Numbered from the whole stretch's first letter, positions 25,231 to 39,153 are shown. The stretch: 63,800 nt of DNA, filler included, from Octopus bimaculoides (GCF_001194135.2; 9 parts of 8 records of this genome joined end to end with filler, not necessarily neighbours in it); one strand, 5' to 3'. The notes: a model not told the origin generated them from the letters alone. Numbers and translations are program-made.

Positions 25231-27052
25231 TAGATATCATACCCCCATACCCATTTTACACAGGTAGAGTAGAACAGTTAATGGGCTTTTATGCAGATAG
25301 ATGTATGTATGTCTGTGTGTGTGGGTGTATGTGTGTGTGTGTGCATGCACATGTATGTATATGTAAACAAACAGGTCTACATACAGACGGGTAGGTACAT
25401 AGAGTATATGAACATACAACCACATACGCAAATAGAGACTGAAACACATGACCACATATACACACACACTTTACTTCACACAAAGACACGTCCACACATA
25501 TAGAGATGTGCACCCATACATACAAACATGGTACATAGCAGCAAAACACACACACACACATGCACACACACTCAGACATGCACACACAAGGAGACTGAGG
25601 TACATACATACATATACACACACATATATAAAAAAAACACAAACACAGGAATATGCAGAATACATACATACATGCAAACGCACACACATACATGCATACA
25701 CACACATACATATATACATATGCACACACACACAGACATACATACACACACATGCACACATACATGCATGCATACATACACACACACATGCGCAAAAACA
25801 AACAAAAGCAAAAAAGAACGTAGTGTATATAACGGACAGTCAAGACTATTGATAAGGTTGCAAGACGCAACGAAAATTTTAAGAAAATAAAAAGAAAAAT
25901 AAGTGGAAATTTTACCGGTGAGTGTATTAAATTTCAAGGCACGATAAGAAAATGACTCTCCCCAGACACAACAGAATATGCTTCAACACACGAAATCACA
26001 TAAAAAATCTTGCAAACCAAATCCAAAAAGGTGCAGGAGTGGCTGTGTGGTAAGCAGGCGCAGGAGTGGCTGTGTGGTAAGTAGCTTTCTTACCAACCAC
26101 ATGGTTCCAGGTTCAGTCTCACTGTGTGGCACCTTGGGACGAAAGAGTACAAGAGGGGTCGCCACCACCCCCTGCCAGAGCCTACTATAGCCTCGGGCCG
26201 ACCAAAGCCTTGTGAGTGGATATGGTAGACGGAAACTGAAAAAGTCCATCATATATAAGTATGTATATGTTTATTTGTCAGTGTTTGCCCTCCCAACATC
26301 GCTTGACAACCAATGCTGGTGTGTTTACATCCCCGTAACTTAGCGGTACGGCAAAAGAAATCCAATAGAATAAGTACTAGGCTTACACAGAATAAGTCCT
26401 GGGGTCGATTTGCTCAACTAAAGGTGGTGCTCCAGCATGGCCGCAGTCAAATGACTGAAACAAGTAAAAGAGTAAAAAAAGAGTATATATATATCTATAT
26501 TGCTTGACAAATAATGTTGGTATGTTTACGTCCCCATAAATTAGCAGCTTCACAAAAGAGACCGATAGAATGAGTACTTGGGGTCAATTCGTTCGACTAA
26601 AGGCAATGCTCCAGTAACACCATAGTCAAATGTTTTAAACAAGTAAAAGATAAGAATAAACAAATATGCCATTACACTCCTGAGCAATGCTGGGTATCTC
26701 TGCTATTTTATGTATATGTGTACATGTATATATTTGTACATAAGTGTGTATGTATATATATGTTTATCTGTATGTGCATCTGTTTGAATATGTAGGTATA
26801 TACACACACATATATATTCATATTTATATGTGTGTGTATATATGTTTATGTGCATATGTATTATGTGCGTATGTAGCATTGGCAACGACTACAATTTCCA
26901 TTTTGATTTCGATTTGATTGAGATTCTGATAGTGATTTTGATTTTTGATTTTACTTGATTCAATAAGTCTCCTATTGGCAACGATCCACATATGAATGTG
27001 TGTGTGTGTGTGTATATATATATATAAAATAATAATAACGATAATAATAACA

Positions 27053-27091
<39 letters not shown>

Positions 27092-27351
27092 TGTAACAAC
27101 AAAAGAATGAGACCTCAATATTAGAGAAATAGAGGATTATTTATATATGTTATAAATTAGAACAAACAGTAAAAGGTTGTCATTATAGTACTTAGAGTTT
27201 CGTATGCTGGAACGAAGAGCTGCAATACATTCTCGTTGGCTACTAATGGCAACAGATGCTATGATAAACCGTTAAATATAAGGGAAGGAACTGTAATAGG
27301 TGGAAAAATAAAAAAGGAAAAAGATGAAAAATATTATTAAAAATATATAAA

Positions 27352-28480
27352 ATCATCATCATCATTTAACATCCATTTTTCATGCTGACATGGACTGGAT
27401 GGTTTGACTGAGGACTGGCAAACTTGGAGGCTGCACCAGGCGCCAATCTGATCTGGCAAGGATTCTACAGCTGGATGCCTTTCCTAATGCCAACTACTCT
27501 GAGAGTGTAGTGGGTGCTTTTTATGTGCCACCAGCACTGGAGCCAGTCAGGTGGCACTGGCATCAGTCACGTTTAGATGGTGCTTTTTACATGCTACCGG
27601 CACAGGAGCCAATCAGGGCAGGGAGGCTGGCATCGACCACATTTGGATAGTGCTTTTTATGTGTCACCAGCACAGGGAGCCAGTCAGGTGGCATTGGCAA
27701 CAAACCACGTATGAATGGTGCTTACTGCATACCACCAGTATGGGAGCCAGTCAGGCAGCACTGGCATCAGTCACAACTTCAATTTCCATTTTGATTTCGA
27801 TTTGATTGAGATTCTGATTGTGATTTTGATTTTGATTTTTGATTTTACTTGACTCAATAGGTCTCCTCAAGCATGGCGTGTCACCCAATGATTCAAAGGT
27901 ACTTTTTAAATGGGCTGGTTATGCAACACCGGTATAGGCTACGGCTGTGATCTCACTTTACTTGCTGCGTCTTCTCAATCATAGTATATCTCCAGAGGTC
28001 TTGGTCTCTCGTCATTGCATCTGTGTGGCCCAATGTTTGAAGGTCCTGCTTCACCACCTCATCCCATGTCTTCCTGGGTCTCCCTCTTCCATGGGTTCCT
28101 TCCACTATTAGGGAGTGATACTTCTTCACACAGCTCTCCTCATCCATACACAGCACATGACCACACCAGCACAGTTGTCTCTCTTGCACACCACATCTGA
28201 TGCTCCTTATGTCCAACATTTCTCTCAGGGCACTTACACTCTGTTGTATGAGCACACCAACATTACACATCCAGTGGATCATACTAGCTTCATTTCTTTC
28301 AAGCCAACGTATGTCCTTAACAGTCATGGCCCATGTTTCACTGCCATGTAGCATGGCAGTACGCACATATGTATTATACAGTCTACCTTTCACTCTGCGT
28401 GAGAGGCCCTTTCTCACCAGCAGAGGTAGGAGCTTTCTGAACTTTGCCCAGGCTATTCTTATTCTAGTGGCAAACACAAC
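27352..28480 (-). mobile_element. RTE-clade LINE 3' fragment with a tandemly repeated 3' UTR and (GAT)n tail
   Basis: RI..AW.KF..L...L...KGRLY...VR.AMLHGSETW...L.W.GHV..M....VK....G...RGRPRKTW. The same tail occurs alone at about 29017-29310, 40845-41038, 41560-41750, 44560-44880 (+) and 45810-45872 (-). Confidence 0.9.
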
Positions 28481-28622
28481 CATATTTTCACAATACATAG
28501 GCATAAACCTCCTGCATTCATAATGTCTACACATGTATACACCCACACAGACATGTATACGTACATGCACACACACACAAACATATATGTATGTACATAC
28601 TCATACATACACACATATCTGC

Positions 28623-28660
<38 letters not shown>

Positions 28661-30259
28661 NNNNNNNNNNNNNNNNNNNNNNNNNNNNNNNNNNNNNNNN
28701 NNNNNNNNNNNNNNNNNNNNNNNNNNNNNNNNNNNNNNNNNNNNNNNNNNNNNNNNNNNNNNNNNNNNNNNNNNNNNNNNNNNNNNNNNNNNNNNNNNNN
28801 NNNNNNNNNNNNNNNNNNNNNNNNNNNNNNNNNNNNNNNNNNNNNNNNNNNNNNNNNNNNNNNNNNNNNNNNNNNNNNNNNNNNNNNNNNNNNNNNNNNN
28901 NNNNNNNNNNNNNNNNNNNNNNNNNNNNNNNNNNNNNNNNNNNNNNNNNNNNNNNNNNNNNNNNNNNNNNNNNNNNNNNNNNNNNNNNNNNNNNNNNNNN
29001 NNNNNNNNNNNNNNNNGTTGCCAGTACCGCCTGACTGGCTCCCGTAGGATTTTCGAGCGAGATCGTTGCCAGTGCCCCTGGACTGGCTTGTGCGGGTGGC
29101 ACATAAAAGACACCATTTCGAGCGTGGCCGTTTTCGTGCGGGTGACACGTAAAAGCACCCACTACAATCTCTGAGTGGTTGGCGTTAGGAAGGGCATCCA
29201 GCTGTAGAAACTCTGCCAAATTAGACTGGAGCCTGGTGTTGCCATCTGGTTTCACCAGTCCTCAGCATGGCAAGCAGACGTTAAACGATGATGATGATGA
29301 TGATGATGATAGACATACATTCGCACTAATGCATACACACACATATATGTATACATACATACACCCTCCCATCATACACCTACACCTGCACATATACAAA
29401 CATGCATATTCATATAAATGAAGGAGACGTGTGCATGAAAAACGTACATATGTGCAGGAGTGGCTGTGTGGGAAGTAGCTTGCTTACCAACCACATGATT
29501 TCAGGTTCAGTCCCACAGCGTGGCACCTTGGGCAAATGTCTTCTACTATAGCCTTGGGCCAACCAGAGCCTTGTGAGTGGATTTGGTAGACAGAAACTGA
29601 AAAAAGCCTGTCATATATATGTATATGCGTGTTTGTTACCCCACCATCGCTTGACAACTGATGTTGGTGTGTTTACGTCCCCATAACTTAGCAGTGTGGC
29701 AAAAGGAACTGATAGAATAAGTACTAGGCTTACAAAGAATAAGTCCTGTGGTCAATTTGTTTGATTAAAGGCAGTGCTCCAGTATGGCCCCAATCAAATG
29801 ACTGAAACAAATAAAAGAATATGATCTATATAATTGAAGATATTTCCTCCACCTGGCTGCTTTTCTCTCTACAAAACCGAAAGTTACCTTGTGGAACAGT
29901 CATTTTAATGAATTGTATTTATTTATCACCCAACGAGATACATTTGCACCACCGGATGCTTCTGAACCAGTTGTTAAGTGTCCCACCCAAGAGGAATCGA
30001 TGCTAGATGTGTCAAAACAATTGTGATTAATAATAAATTCTTGTATATTTAATCTTCTGTTTTTCATTTGCTATATACATATACACACACACACATATAA
30101 TATATATACATACATATACATATACACACACACGTACACACTCACACAATAAAAAAGGAAAAAAAGAAAAAATGAAAAAATATATATAAAAAATTTAAAA
30201 TTAATGGAAATTAAAACAGATGGGAAAGTTTGTGTAGGAACATACTAGAAATGTTGATT

Positions 30260-30700
30260 CTAGCCATGATCTTGGGGTGGGGGGAACCGTAACAGGTATT
30301 TTGTGACATGTGGAAAAGATCCAAAGAGTTCAGTTCTTGAATTTAAACATGTAGCAAGGTCTAAGGAACTTTTCCAGATGAGCCATCTTTCCATATTACA
30401 AGAACGGCACTTGCCACTACCGTTGGTATAAGGTTTACACTTGGCTAAGATCTTCCAGTAAATCCTGTAGTTAACACCTTGTTCTGTCAAGAACCATATA
30501 TAACTGGATAATTTGGTAATCTTTTGTTCATTCAAGTGTCTGAAGCTTAAGGTGTAACTGTTGAATCTTGCTTTGAAATTTCCCTCTGTGAGACTTACAT
30601 ATCTCATTAGCATTCATGGTATTTACAGTGGCTTCATAAATAATGTCTTCAGTCATGCAGGCTCCATTTAGTGAGCACAGGTCTTTATCCCTGCAGGAAT
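30260..30700 (-). mobile_element. Penelope-like element GIY-YIG C-terminal fragment (second lineage)
   Basis: CRDKDLCSLNGAC...IIYEATV, Y.SLTEGNFKARF, TKLSSYIW.L, WKIL..CKPY, KCRSC..E. Confidence 0.8.
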
Positions 30701-31458
30701 AGCCAGCTTCATGGTATTGTGTTGTATTGCAATACAACACAACATAATGCAATACAACACCACAAAGCTGGCTGTTCCTGCAGTGAATGATTATATATGT
30801 TTAGCAAGTTGATAGCATAAGTAAGATCGCCTTTATCTCCAATTTCTACCTTTTTACACATTTAGTAACTACTCCAAAACCTTTAAAACTTTTCTATACT
30901 GTGACTAAATAATTAATTGTGACATATTACACTTATTTGTTTCTCTGAATATTAGACCTATTATTTACAATAAATACTTTAATTATAAAGCATTTGAAAA
31001 TTATTTACTTCCTTATTTGGATTTCTCATCCTAACATAAATACAGCCTAACCAGATAATTTATTTCATTTACAGAGTTTTAAATAGACACATATATAGAA
31101 ATTCATAGGGAGAATGTCAGCCTTTTAACGTTTTAATATTATTATACACCCAATTCATATTTTTTTAGTCTTGTTTAAAATAGACATGAATCCGAGAACA
31201 AACACATAACATGATTACTAACAGAAAATCTATGTACTTCTAACGTCTTTTTTAGTTTTTGTTCAAGCTACCGACGAGTACATTTTGAAAACTCCGATCT
31301 TCTATTATGAATATCTCTGTCCTTTTGTATGAAACAAATTGTATAGCAACATAAATAATAAAAACTATAATCCATCTCCTCCATTTACATAAATATGAAT
31401 GAATTTGTTGAACTGTGTTTAATAAGTTATATCATATAGTGAGTGTTTATATATATAT

Positions 31459-31497
<39 letters not shown>

Positions 31498-32779
31498 TAT
31501 AGGGCAGGGAATTGCCAATTAGTAATAAAATTAATAATTAACAATTTTGCCAAGTAGTTCAGTATGAAAAAATTGTAGTTTAGAATCAGTAGTTCTTTGA
31601 CTGCTATTTCTAAATTTTCAGTATGTTGGTGAAGCAACTAATGCTGACCCCTATATATTTATGATTATATATATATATAGGTAAATGATAGGATTGCTTC
31701 AATATTTCAGGGGTNNNNNNNNNNNNNNNNNNNNNNNNNNNNNNNNNNNNNNNNNNNNNNNNNNNNNNNNNNNNNNNNNNNNNNNNNNNNNNNNNNNNNN
31801 NNNNNNNNNNNNNNNNNNNNNNNNNNNNNNNNNNNNNNNNNNNNNNNNNNNNNNNNNNNNNNNNNNNNNNNNNNNNNNNNNNNNNNNNNNNNNNNNNNNN
31901 NNNNNNNNNNNNNNNNNNNNNNNNNNNNNNNNNNNNNNNNNNNNNNNNNNNNNNNNNNNNNNNNNNNNNNNNNNNNNNNNNNNNNNNNNNNNNNNNNNNN
32001 NNNNNNNNNNNNNNNNNNNNNNNNNNNNNNNNNNNNNNNNNNNNNNNNNNNNNNNNNNNNNNNNNNNNNNNNNNNNNNNNNNNNNNNNNNNNNNNNNNNN
32101 NNNNNNNNNNNNNNNNNNNNNNNNNNNNNNNNNNNNNNNNNNNNNNNNNNNNNNNNNNNNNNNNNNNNNNNNNNNNNNNNNNNNNNNNNNNNNNNNNNNN
32201 NNNNNNNNNNNNNNNNNNNNNNNNNNNNNNNNNNNNNNNNNNNNNNNNNNNNNNNNNNNNNNNNNNNNNNNNNNNNNNNNNNNNNNNNNNNNNNNNNNNN
32301 NNNNNNNNNNNNNNNNNNNNNNNNNNNNNNNNNNNNNNNNNNNNNNNNNNNNNNNNNNNNNNNNNNNNNNNNNNNNNNNNNNNNNNNNNNNNNNNNNNNN
32401 NNNNNNNNNNNNNNNNNNNNNNNNNNNNNNNNNNNNNNNNNNNNNNNNNNNNNNNNNNNNNNNNNNNNNNNNNNNNNNNNNNNNNNNNNNNNNNNNNNNN
32501 NNNNNNNNNNNNNNNNNNNNNNNNNNNNNNNNNNNNNNNNNNNNNNNNNNNNNNNNNNNNNNNNNNNNNNNNNNNNNNNNNNNNNNNNNNNNNNNNNNNN
32601 NNNNNNNNNNNNNNNNNNNNNNNNNNNNNNNNNNNNNNNNNNNNNNNNNNNNNNNNNNNNNNNNNNNNNNNNNNNNNNNNNNNNNNNNNNNNNNNNNNNN
32701 TATACGTTAAAAATATATTTAAAAATTTTTTTAAGAACTTGGAATATTTCCATTGGTTTACAATTAATTTCGGGTACAC

Positions 32780-35700
32780 CAGTCTTCACCTTTGGATTTT
32801 TATCAGGAAAGTTTAAGTAGGGCCACTCACTCCCAACTTCCTTCCTACTTTCTTCCATCTTTCCTCATATACTCTTCTAGACAGGTGTCTTCTCTCCAGC
32901 CCTATCTTGCTTTTCAGGTGGTACCTGAAATAGTATAGCATTCCAGGGCCGGAGATGAAGGTTCCTGTCTTCATACCTTGCATTCGAGTTCTCCATGCAC
33001 ACTCTTTCATAACTGTGACTGTACATAGAAAACAAGCCTCACCTTCCTTAGGTAGTCTGGTGGGCAGTACATTCTTAATCACAGACTCAGCCGATAGCTG
33101 TACTCTTCATAGGTGTGACAGCACGTGTTCAACGTAAATTGTCATCTCCGAAAGATGGGTGCACTGAACAAGAGCGTGCAGGATAGTTTCCTTTTCCTGC
33201 CCACATCTTGGACATTTGGGTGGCACTGAAATCCCGTGCCTGGACAATTTCTCGTGGACAGGTAACGCATTCCTGAAACACTGCCAATTCAGGGATCTTT
33301 GGTAATTATCCAAATATCCCGCCCTGAAAGTGTTCCGAAACATGTTGGATAGCTGGTTCTCATCGAGCCCCAGTGTCTCTCCTAGCACGTCATCACTTTT
33401 AAACTCTACCAACCCATTGTAAAATGCAGAGGTGGTATTCCCGCTGCCGGCCTTACCCGCCTTGTGGATAAGCGCAAGTACCTGCCGGCATTCCTTTTGC
33501 CATTCAGTCGATTTCTGTCTTTTCATCAAACTGGGTTTAAATCCCCCCAGAGAGGCTGGTCGTGGAAAGAATTCCTCGGCGAGCGAATTCCACACCTGAC
33601 CACCATCCAGGTAAGACCAGAGATGCCTTAGTCTCAGTGCATGTTTGCATATCAACAACCATGGCATCCCTAGGCCACCCTTTAATGGTTCCTGACAGCA
33701 CACAGAGCGCCTCACAAGCGGCTTTCCCCTCCACAAAAAGCGGAAGAGAATCTGAACCAGCTTGTTTAGCCACAAATCGGGGCAAGGGACGACGGTGAGG
33801 CGGTAGGTGATAACTGACGCAATAAACATCTGCACCACCTTCCTTTCAGGGACAGCGTCCTTCTGGACCAAGTCCGGGTTAGCGCTTCTACCCTGTTCGT
33901 CACCTCGCTCCAATTTTTCTCCGTCTGGGAGTCTGGACCAAACCAAACTCTGAGCAACTTAACAGGGCCATCCGTCCAGTGTCCCATGACACTGGACGTT
34001 ATCGGCTTGCTGCTCCAGGTGCCGAGCCGCAAACTGACAGACTTGTCCATGTTAACTTTTGCCCCTGCCACCGTCTCGTATCTTCTGATTGTCTCTGCTA
34101 CGTGAGATAGCTGAGTCATCTTGGATACGGTGATGGTGACGTCATCCGCATACGCCGAAACACCTTTACCACATCCGATTTCATTAGTGGTGCTTCCCAA
34201 CTTCTCCAACTTCCGCAGCAATGGCTCGAGAGACAGAACATACAGAAGCGGAGACAGGGGGCACCCTTGACGGACTGAACACCTGATCTCGAACGGCTCC
34301 GACAGGTAACCGTTCACCTGAACCGTGGATTTGATGCCACCATAAATGGCCTTGATCCAACCGCAGAAATCTGGGCCTAGCCCAGCCGCCTCAAAGACTG
34401 CTGCCAGGTACCGATGGTCAACCCTATCGATGGCCTTACTTTGGTCTAAATGGACCAATGCCTCACCTTTACTGGAAACTTTACCCACCCTGTCTAAGGT
34501 GTAGCGTAAGAGATGAAGATTGTCCTGGATCGACCTGCCAGGGATGGCACATGCTTGCGCCTTCCCGACAAGCTTCTCCGCGACAGTCGTCAACCTGTTT
34601 GCTAGCACCTTGGCCAAAATCTTTAACTCTACATTTAGTAGGGTTATGGGCCTGAAATTACTAATAAGATCCCCCTTGCTCGGGTCTTTTCTGACCAGCG
34701 CCACCACTCCCCGACTCACAGAGCAGGAAATTCTCCCATTCTGTTGCCAGTTCATGTACACGCAAGCCAGCAAGTGTCCGAACAAGTCCGGCATACTACT
34801 ATAAAACTCGTAGGGCAGACCATCCAGTCCCGGCAACCTGTCCCAAGTGCTCTCTGCCAGCACCTCTTCGACCTCCGCAGCTGTGATCGACCCTTCACAA
34901 CACTCAACCTCACTTGCCTAGAGTCGCGGTCCGTCAGCCAGGAAATCCCTTAAGGGCTCCCCATGGTCCAACGCCTCGTTCATCCCAAACAACTGTGCAA
35001 AATGCTGATGAAAGGCCTTCTGCATCTCCTGTCCTTCTATCCAGCGCCCCTGCTCGTCAATTAAAGACTGCACAGAAGCATTTCTGCCTCTCCGACTCTC
35101 AACACGACAGGCCCATCCGGCAACATTAATACCTTTTCTGCCTACCGCGCGTAACTTAGCCCTGACTCTACTACCTTCGTGTTTGGCTTGGAGGTGACGG
35201 AATAATACCGATCTCGCCGCCAACACTCTGGATGCAGAGCCTGATACTATGGCCTCCTCTAACTCCTTAGTTAGATGCCCTTCAACTATTGATCTCTCTA
35301 AACTTAGCACTTTACTAAATCTAAGAGACTCTAAACGTATGGCTCTTTTGAGGGTGCACCACCATCTGTTATTAACGATGGCTCCGCATAATGCCCTCTG
35401 CACTAATTCCTTCACCCGAGCATGGAAGACTTTACTAGTCAAAATAGACTTGTTCATCTTCGAGTACCCGGGTCCCTATCTATGGCACTTAGCTAACTGT
35501 ATCTTACATGTCACAAATTTGTGATCCGTGTAAGACGTACAGTGAAATTGTGGACCACTAACTATATCCCTATCACTATCTTTTATAATTACCCTATCTA
35601 AGTAAGACCTTTGTGAACCGTCGTTATTAGACCACATCCACTGTGGAACGAGCGGTTCATCCAGTCTATAGCGGTCTACTAGTTTATAGCTTGCTAATAG

Positions 35701-37876
35701 CCTTTTTAGGCCAGGGCTTTCTCTTCTATTAATTGAGTCACCACTATCCACTTGCGCGTTGAGAATAGTGTTGAAGTCTCCTGTTAAAACTAAAGTTTTC
35801 TACGTCACTAGCAAATTTTCCAAGTCTTGAAAGAAAACCATTTGTCTATTCTCTAGCGGAGCATAGACTGCTACCAACCTGAAAGACTGCTTACTCGCGT
35901 GTGTCACATCCAGAACGACCAGCCTACCTTCTGGGTCTAGAAAGACTGTACTTACCTGTACGTCCAAGCTTTTTTTGAACTGACTCGGAAAAATAAATTT
36001 CTCGTAGTCGTTCAGAAGAGGTGAGAACGACTGTGGGCTGTTCAGCTTGGACTCAGTCACAACACATATATCTATCTTTCGCGACCTGAGGTCGTCTAGG
36101 AGGCATGTCTGCTTCTATTTGGACCCCAGGCCATGTACATTTATACACCCTATCTTAACTTCCATGATAAAAAAATATTTACTTTACCTTTACATTTGCA
36201 GGAGGGGCTTCACGACTTCCATCGTCCTCTCCTCCTGTATCTTCTATGACTGGTGTAGCCGTTGGTTTTAAAATAATCTTTTCTTTTACTATATGCTGAC
36301 TCACATCGAAAATATCGTCAGAATATCTCTGTTTAAATTGTTCGAAGTGTTTGGCACTTATCCTCGCCAACCGTATGTGCGGCGGTTTACCTTCAATGGG
36401 TCCCATTACCGTATAGTTTTTTTTGTTATTAATCCATGTAATACTTCATTTTTGGTGTTGTAAGAAACAATTCTTTCTTGTGGGGGTTTAGGAGCGGGTT
36501 TCAATTTGGGAGTGGATGGGGGTATTTTTTTTTGTGTGTTTTGCATTTTCGCTTTTTTTCTTGAAGGGGGAGGGAAGTCTGGGCCAAGAGGTTTTTTCCT
36601 TTTGTTTGCTACAACTTCAAACTCCGTATCTTCCTCACTTTTTCCTTTTTCTATTATGATTTCCGGCATTTTCGAATTTCCTTGTTTGACATCTTTTTTA
36701 AGTTCTGTTTTCTCTGGTATTTCTTCCTCCCTTTGGAGAGGGACTTCTTTTTTTTGTGTAGATTTATTTATTTTCACACATTCGGAGCGAATGTGGCCCT
36801 TTTCACCACATTTAAAACATCTGGGCCTCTGTCCCTCCACCGACACTCTTGCATTGAGACCCTCCCCTATAAAAATCCTGTCTGGTCTGGTCTCGAGGGT
36901 ATCATTTGGCGCTTGAACTACGAGTTCAAGCGTCTGCCCCTTCCAATTGAGTGCGTTCCTTCTTCTCATTGTAAGTATATTTACTTGTTCCTCCACGTCG
37001 TAAATTAAAGCTGCTACCAACCAATTCACGTCATACCCGGACGGAATATCTTCTATTGTGATTTTAGCAGTTCTCCGGCCAAGGTATGTGAGTAAGAGCA
37101 TTATCTTTTCTGTTTTCAATGTTTGTGTAGATATTTCCTTTGCTACTTCTGTGTTTTCGAATTGGGCCTCTACTGTAGCATTTCAAGGCCCTCTACCTAC
37201 ATATTTTATTTTTTCCCACACAGGGGCAAGACACTTTTCAATTATATCTGTTTTCATCATCATGATGCGCTTTTCTTTACAGTTATATACTTTATAAATA
37301 ACGGTTCTTATCACCAGCTCTTGGATAGTTTCCTTTGGTAGTATTAACCTTGTTACATTGTCGGTTTTCTTAATCAGATTTCTATACTTGAACCACTGTT
37401 GAGGTATTACTTCCATGACTTCAAATTGTCCGCCTACGGCGGTTGAGAAACTGTTGACCTTTTTCATTTCCTCGGTTACTTTGGGGTTAACTTGTACTAC
37501 ATGAGTATTATCAGGAATAATTTCCTCCTGTAAAAGAGGGAAGTCCTCGTTACACAATAGGAATTCAATTTGTTTTGCCATTTCGTCATCCATATTGAAA
37601 ATATATTTTTTGTTAAAACAATAGCAGTTTGCTATTTCTTTAAAAGAGAGCAGCAAAAACAATTTTTGCCCTGCAGGGCGTAAATTGACAAGTACGATGT
37701 TGAAATTCGACAAAGAGCAACAATAAACAGCAACAAAAAGGACAGAAACAACTCACTAAATTAGGTAGCAACAAACCGGAAGTAGCACAACGAGATAAAG
37801 TAGTATGACCAGCTGGTTGAAGAAGTCTGTCTAACACTCGCAAACATATATTATATCAGTGAAACACATTCACTGA
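32780..37876 (-). mobile_element. Near full-length, inactivated L1/Tx1-like LINE (ORF1 with CCHC knuckle; ORF2 APE endonuclease, RT, zinc motif)
   Basis: ORF1 37592-36406 with RCFKCGEKGHIRSEC. ORF2 ATG at 36165: IGCINVHGL, VTESKL, VAVYAP, GDFN, SYLDRV, TDH; RT FRPITLLN, QGCPLSP, YADD; CPRCGQEKETILHALVQC. Several stops and frameshifts. Candidate 5' Inr TCAGT at 37876-37872. 3' end runs toward a gap. Confidence 0.93.
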
Positions 37877-37889
37877 TTACAAAAATTAG

Positions 37890-38168
37890 AAATAATACAT
37901 TTCTAAATCTCTCAGACAGACTTAAGCAGTAGTGATGCGATAAAGTAGTTGTATACTGCCAACTTAACATGACAGTCCCAATAAGGGACGCAAACATAAG
38001 GACACAGGAAATGTGTCAAGGCTGACAGGAAGCGGTCCAGCTTCCTAGGGCTAAATAGCAGTAGTATATTCCCTTATTGGGACTGTCACGTTAAGTTGGC
38101 AGTATGCAACTACTTTCTCGCATCACTACTGCTTAAGTCTCTCTGAGAGATTTAGAAATGTATTATTT
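37890..38168. repeat. Foldback or MITE-like element: 99-bp inverted arms with an 81-bp spacer
   Basis: 37890-37988 is the reverse complement of 38070-38168 with 4 mismatches. Confidence 0.92.
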
Positions 38169-38655
38169 ATATATATATATATATATNNNNNNNNNNNNNN
38201 NNNNNNNNNNNNNNNNNNNNNNNNNNNNNNTTAATTAATTAANNNNNNNNNNNNNNNNNNNNNNNNNNNNNNNNNNNNNNNNNNNNTATATATATATATG
38301 TATGTATATGCATATGTATGAGTGTGTGAATGTGTGTATATGTATACATGCATGTATGTGGGTATATATGTGGGTACATATGTATGTATGTATGTATGTA
38401 TGTATGCATGTATGTATATATTTTATTCGTATATACTCACACAGTATTTTACTAGTTTCAAATCGAGAGCTGCGGCCATTTATTTCTATGTATTTACTAA
38501 TCAAGTAAATATACTTATTTATTAACAAAATTTGTGTATTTTAAGTATTTAAATTCATATATTTCTAGTTCCACTCACGCACATTTTTGTGATGCAAGAA
38601 CATGTGAGTGTGGGTGCATGACTGTGTGTATGTATGCATATATATGTATAATATT

Positions 38656-38686
<31 letters not shown>

Positions 38687-39116
38687 NNNNNNNNNNNNNN
38701 NNNNNNNNNNNNNNNNNNNNNNNNNNNNNNNNNNNNNNNNNNNNNNNNNNNNNNNNNNNNNNNNNNNNNNNNNNNNNNNNNNNNNNNNNNNNNNNNNNNN
38801 NNNNNNNNNNNNNNNNNNNNNNNNNNNNNNNNNNNNNNNNNNNNNNNNNNNNNNNNNNNNNNNNNNNNNNNNNNNNNNNNNNNNNNNNNNNNNNNNNNNN
38901 NNNNNNNNNNNNNNNNNNNNNNNNNNNNNNNNNNNNNNNNNNNNNNNNNNNNNNNNNNNNNNNNNNNNNNNNNNNNNNNNNNNNNNNNNNNNNNNNNNNN
39001 NNNNNNNNNNNNNNNNNNNNNNNNNNNNNNNNNNNNNNNNNNNNNNNNNNNNNNNNNNNNNNNNNNNNNNNNNNNNNNNNNNNNNNNNNNNNNNNNNNNN
39101 NNNNNNNNNNNNNNNN

Positions 39117-39153
<37 letters not shown>

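Noticed and set aside
31610-32858. Very long ORFs containing X runs (also near 1.6, 4.5, 28.5, 38.6, 46.8 and 60.3 kb)
   Set aside because: They span N gaps
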